Source: Conidiobolus incongruus B7586 (lineage: Eukaryota). Taken from it: DNA of 44,834 nt. Of this stretch, positions 40,536 through 44,834 are shown one piece after another (position 1 is the first letter of the stretch; each line of letters opens with the position of its first letter). Under the pieces are notes generated by a model that was not told the DNA's origin, did no database searches, and saw only the letters and a list, made by a program, of their open reading frames with translations. The DNA is taken from the NCBI GenBank assembly GCA_000697335.1, contig JNEM01009957.1, positions 1 through 44,834 on the forward strand, given 5' to 3'. The translations under genes and the position numbers were made by a program.

Positions 40536-41267
40536 TAATTTTATTTTTTGAATCATTGAATATTGAATGATGATTATTTTTAATTACAATTTCAAATTGG
40601 ATATATATTAGTTATCAAATTTAATTACAATATAACATCAATAATATTAAGTTTATTATTTAAAATAACTAATTAATTCAAATAGTTATATCAATATTAA
40701 TAAACTAATTTCGTTAAAAATCATAATATTTATTCTTTAAGCAGATATCATTAAATATAAATAAAAATTTTTAAAAAAGTTATTCTCAATTTCATAATAT
40801 ACTTTTAAAATATTAAAAATATATTATCAATTTAACTAGTAATTATATAACAGCGATAATATAACATGAATTTATATTTAGTCTTATTTAAATCATTACT
40901 TTAATAAAATTTGACTTAATTAAGGTTGTAATATTATATACTGTAATAATATAAAGGCAAATTAATATTATAGCGTTTGATTGTTTAATATACCGTAATT
41001 ATAACAGTATCTTCTATATATAATTCTATTACCTAGTTGCTTTAAGTTTTAGCAAATAAACCACAATTGAAATTAAGTATATTAGTAAGTTTTTTTTAAA
41101 CAATTTCAAACCATAAATATATTTATAATCTGAAGGTCTAAATGTTGACAAGTTTATTTTGATTTTTGTTAATTATTAATACTTAAAATATTCAATATAA
41201 TTTAATGAAATTTCCTAAATCAGTAAAAATGAACTACTATGCTAATGAACAGTGTAATAATTTATTA

Positions 41268-42110
41268 TTAAATTTCGCGAAATTTTCTTTTTCTGGCTTT
41301 ATATTTAGCTTCAGTTGTTGACTGAATCCAATGTTCAAATTCTTTAACTTGATCTAAAGTAGTATTAAAAACTAAAAAAGATTAGTACATAATATACACT
41401 ATCAATATCAATAACTTACTCTTTAATTCCAATTCATCTAAAGTTTGTATCATATTAAAGAACTGAGTATTAGTTTTAGAGTTTCCTGAAGATTGGGCAT
41501 GGTCAAATAAATAAATTAATCGATCAATGAATGTTGAAGTTATAAAAGTATTGAATTCTTCACTATCAATTCTAAAAATATTATGTTAATAACTAATACT
41601 AGAATAACATTATTATATTACAATTCAACACATTTAAGTGCAAATATAAAGAAATTAGGTCCTAACGAGTGTAAATCTACGTTCGTTGCACATGCTTTTA
41701 AAGAGTGTTGAACTTTAGAATTAAAACATCTTGGAAATTCATAATCTACATAATTTCTATAAATGCATAAATAACTCAAGTTATTAAATATCATATTAAA
41801 TTAAAATACACACTCTAAAATGAGGAATTTGGTAACGAATAGAGGTAATTCCATCTTTGTATTGACTTCAATCTTTTATATTTATTAATTTTTAATATAC
41901 AGTTTGAAAGAAAGTTATATGTTTATATACCTTTGTCTGAGGTAATGAACCATCTAATTCACCCATATCTTCTAATTCTTTAGTGAAAATAACAGGTATT
42001 AACTGAATAATTATTATTTAATCTTAATAAATAATAAATAAAATGCTTACTTGATCTTCAACTAAAAAATCATCAATATCAAAATATCCTTGTTCACATG
42101 CAAAATTCAT
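41268..42110 (-). CDS. PSF3: GINS complex subunit Psf3
   Basis: Not in the ORF track (6 short exons): MNFACEQGYFDIDDFLVEDQ|LIPVIF...|IEVNTKMELPLFV..|..FPRCFNSKVQHSLKACATNVDLHSLGPNFFIFA..|..TFIDRLIYLFDHAQ...TLDELE..|..EFEHW; TAA 41268-41270. Confidence 0.88.
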
Positions 42111-42228
42111 TATTTTAATTAATTTTATTAATAGTATTAATAATTCTATTTAGTAAATGAAAAAATGAAGGTGAATAATAAGACGTGAATTTAGTTTAAT
42201 AAATTTATGGGATCGTGGAAATGATCAT

Positions 42229-42774
42229 TTATTCGTTTACTCCTTTAACTTTAATTGTTAATACTTGCTCTCTAAATTTCAAATCACGTAATTTCATAAC
42301 TTTTTTTAATTGATCTTCATTTACAATATTTAAAAATCCAAAACCTCTAGATTTTTTGGTTTTCTTATCAACGGGTAGCTGGATATCTTCTATAGCAACT
42401 AATTTTTGAAAGTGTTCACATAGTAACGCTTTCGTCGTTTTAGAAGGTAAATTAGATACAAATAACTGACATGGGAAGGTGATATTAGAACAGTTAAATT
42501 CTGGAATTTCGGGCTCTTTAGCCTTTTCAGTCTTCTGCTTTTGCTTCAACTCCAATGCCTGCTTCTTTTCCAATTCAATCCTTTCTTGTTCTCTCTTTTC
42601 TAACAAAATTTCCAATCGTTGCGCCCTAGTTAAACCTCTAGGCTTAATTCTAACTAATTTAGGTGGTTTGATAATTGGTAATCCTTTCTTAATTAATCTG
42701 GAATTTTTCCAAAATAATTTGGCTTTTTTCTGCTTTTTAGTTAGTGAGTTATGATTTTTAAAGTCTTCATCCAT
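42229..42774 (-). CDS. Basic RRM-domain protein (nucleolar, Nop6-like)
   Basis: Lys-rich N-terminus; RNP2 LFVSNL, RNP1 SRGFGFL. Confidence 0.85.
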   Translation of the reverse strand: MDEDFKNHNSLTKKQKKAKLFWKNSRLIKKGLPIIKPPKLVRIKPRGLTRAQRLEILLEKREQERIELEKKQALELKQKQKTEKAKEPEIPEFNCSNITFPCQLFVSNLPSKTTKALLCEHFQKLVAIEDIQLPVDKKTKKSRGFGFLNIVNEDQLKKVMKLRDLKFREQVLTIKVKGVNE

Positions 42775-44575
42775 AATATGAATCTATATATATTGATGTG
42801 ATATTATAAAAAGCTATTCTAAAATTGATTAAATTTAAAACATAACAATTTTGCAATTTAATTTATTTAATAATTTTTATTTTATGGGATTCTTTTTTTT
42901 CATCAACTCAAATTTTGAAAATGAAAAATATGTCCAATATAGGCAATTTAATATATTTATATTGATGTATATAAAATATAGTTTAATATTCTTTATATTT
43001 AAGTAACACTTTAATCAATTTATATTGCCAGCATTCCTTCATAATGGAACGCTATTTTTATTCGAAAAATAAAATTAGATTTAGTTATTTTTTCTTAAAA
43101 AATGGATAAAAACAATGTTGGTTTGAAATACAATTGAAAAGTTACTAGTAATAATTATAAAAATGAATTTGTTTGTCTTGAAAGTATTATAAGTAAAAAT
43201 ACTATTCCAAGTTTATGAGTGGCTAATAATAATAATAATAATAATAGTCATTAAAAAAACTATAAAGTTATTAAATTCATATACTCTTGTTTATGGTAAG
43301 TTATGAGTTGGAATCTATTTAAGTGACATTTGCTTAAAAAATTGTATTTAAGATTAGAACTGCAAAAGTTTTGAGAAATGACATCTTCAATCCCAAATAG
43401 GCAAAATATTTTCCAGTATTGACATTATATCCTAATATATCTATATTTTTTATAAATAAAAGCAGATATTTTAAAGATGCAGTTAAAAAATTAATATTAT
43501 AAAAATATAATTAAATATACTCTTATAAAGTGACAATTGAGTATATATATTTATAATAAATTTTAAATAGAATATTTGTATGTCATTATTTTTGAATGTC
43601 AAAATATTTTAAGTTAACGACTAAGTGGCAATCAATGAATTTCAATTAATTATAGTCTTAGTATTGGTGACTATTCAAAATACTGTACTTATAATCTAAA
43701 ATTATATTTGGTTTTTATTATATATTTTTCTGGGTTTAATTTTAAAATTAGTGATCAAAGTTGGAGTGGTTAAAAATTTCAATTCAAATTTAAAGTGTAT
43801 AATATACAAATTTGTTGTTTAGAATGGTATATATACAATATATTCAAATTTTTTCATAAATATTATGAAGATAAAGTTCTATTCATATTTTCATGCACTC
43901 GATATAATATTTTATTTTTACTCAAAGAATCATTAAAGTACTCTCAATTTTTTCTTCAATTACTGTGAACTTTGAAAAGAGTATAAAAATTGCATGCCAA
44001 CAATAATTTTTCCTTTAATTAATATAATAAAAATCTTTTAAGCAGATATTTTTGTTGCTATATATATTCATTCTTAATTTATAAAATATATTCAAATTTC
44101 CAATACAACAGAATTTTGTACTATCAAATTTTATAAATATTTTACAAAACAATAATTTTTAAATAGATAATATACAATTAAAACATTATTAATGAAGAGA
44201 ACTGATAATGATTATATTATAATATATATTAAATACTATAAATATGTATAAAAGTTTAAAAATAATTTGTACAATAATTTTTTTCTATATTATGAATATT
44301 AAGGTTGAATTTTAATATGTTTGGTAATTTAAATAATATTTTTAAAAAAATCATAATTTCAAATATTAGATTTAAAAATATTTCTAAGTATTAGAAATAT
44401 AGTTTAATTATTTTTATTAAATAATATCAATGAAATGGCCAATTAATAAAAATTGAAAAATGAGCATTACTCAATATTCAAATTAAACAAAAAGATTATT
44501 TTAATTTAACATTTTATTAGTATTAATAATAATATATGAGCAAGAGATATATATTGTGATTTATAGTTGTGTATT

Positions 44576-44834
44576 TTAGATCTTAGCATGAATACACTTG
44601 TCAACAGCGTGATTCCATTCGTCGAATAATCTATCACGTTCTTCTTTAGATAATTTAGGTTCGAATAAATCCTTTTCATCGTGAGTTTCTTCTTGTAATT
44701 GCTTAAGGTCTTTCCAAATACCAGTAGCTAAACCAGCAGCAATAGCAGCACCCCAAGCAGTACTCTCTTTATTGTGAGGTCTTTCAACTGAGATACCGAG
44801 TAAATTGGATTGAAGTTGAGTGAAAAAGTCGGAG
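44576..44834 (-). CDS. GUT1: Glycerol kinase (FGGY family), C-terminal end; gene starts beyond the window
   Basis: SDFFTQLQSNLLGISVERPHNKESTAWGAAIAAGLATGIWKD...FEPKLSKEERDRLFDEWNHAVDKC; TAA 44576-44578. Confidence 0.9.
   Translation of the reverse strand, partial: SDFFTQLQSNLLGISVERPHNKESTAWGAAIAAGLATGIWKDLKQLQEETHDEKDLFEPKLSKEERDRLFDEWNHAVDKCIHAKI

Overview
Very AT-rich eukaryotic (fungal) genomic DNA with short GT-AG introns (~45-70 nt) and long AT-rich intergenic spacers. The gene set and style suggest an early-diverging fungus, plausibly Entomophthoromycotina/Zoopagomycota (inference only). Supported genes, left to right: TRA1/TRRAP (5' part, minus), ALKBH7-like dioxygenase, PCL/PHO80-type cyclin, SKP1, FZO1 mitofusin, a 7TM GPCR-like gene, a 16-exon unknown gene with a permuted papain-like His...Asn-Cys signature, tRNA-Ile(AAT), RCF1/HIG1, ERp38/TigA-type PDI, a CBM21 PP1 glycogen-targeting subunit, RPL17 (uL22), PSF3, an RRM protein, and the 3' end of glycerol kinase. 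Most notable: (1) a single in-frame TAG inside otherwise intact TRA1 coding sequence; (2) the unannotated intron-rich putative cysteine hydrolase gene; (3) a nested self-complementary 5'UTR intron in RPL17; (4) an unexplained GC-richer island next to the tRNA; (5) an ERSE-like element upstream of the PDI gene. Exon structures were assembled by hand and are predictions.
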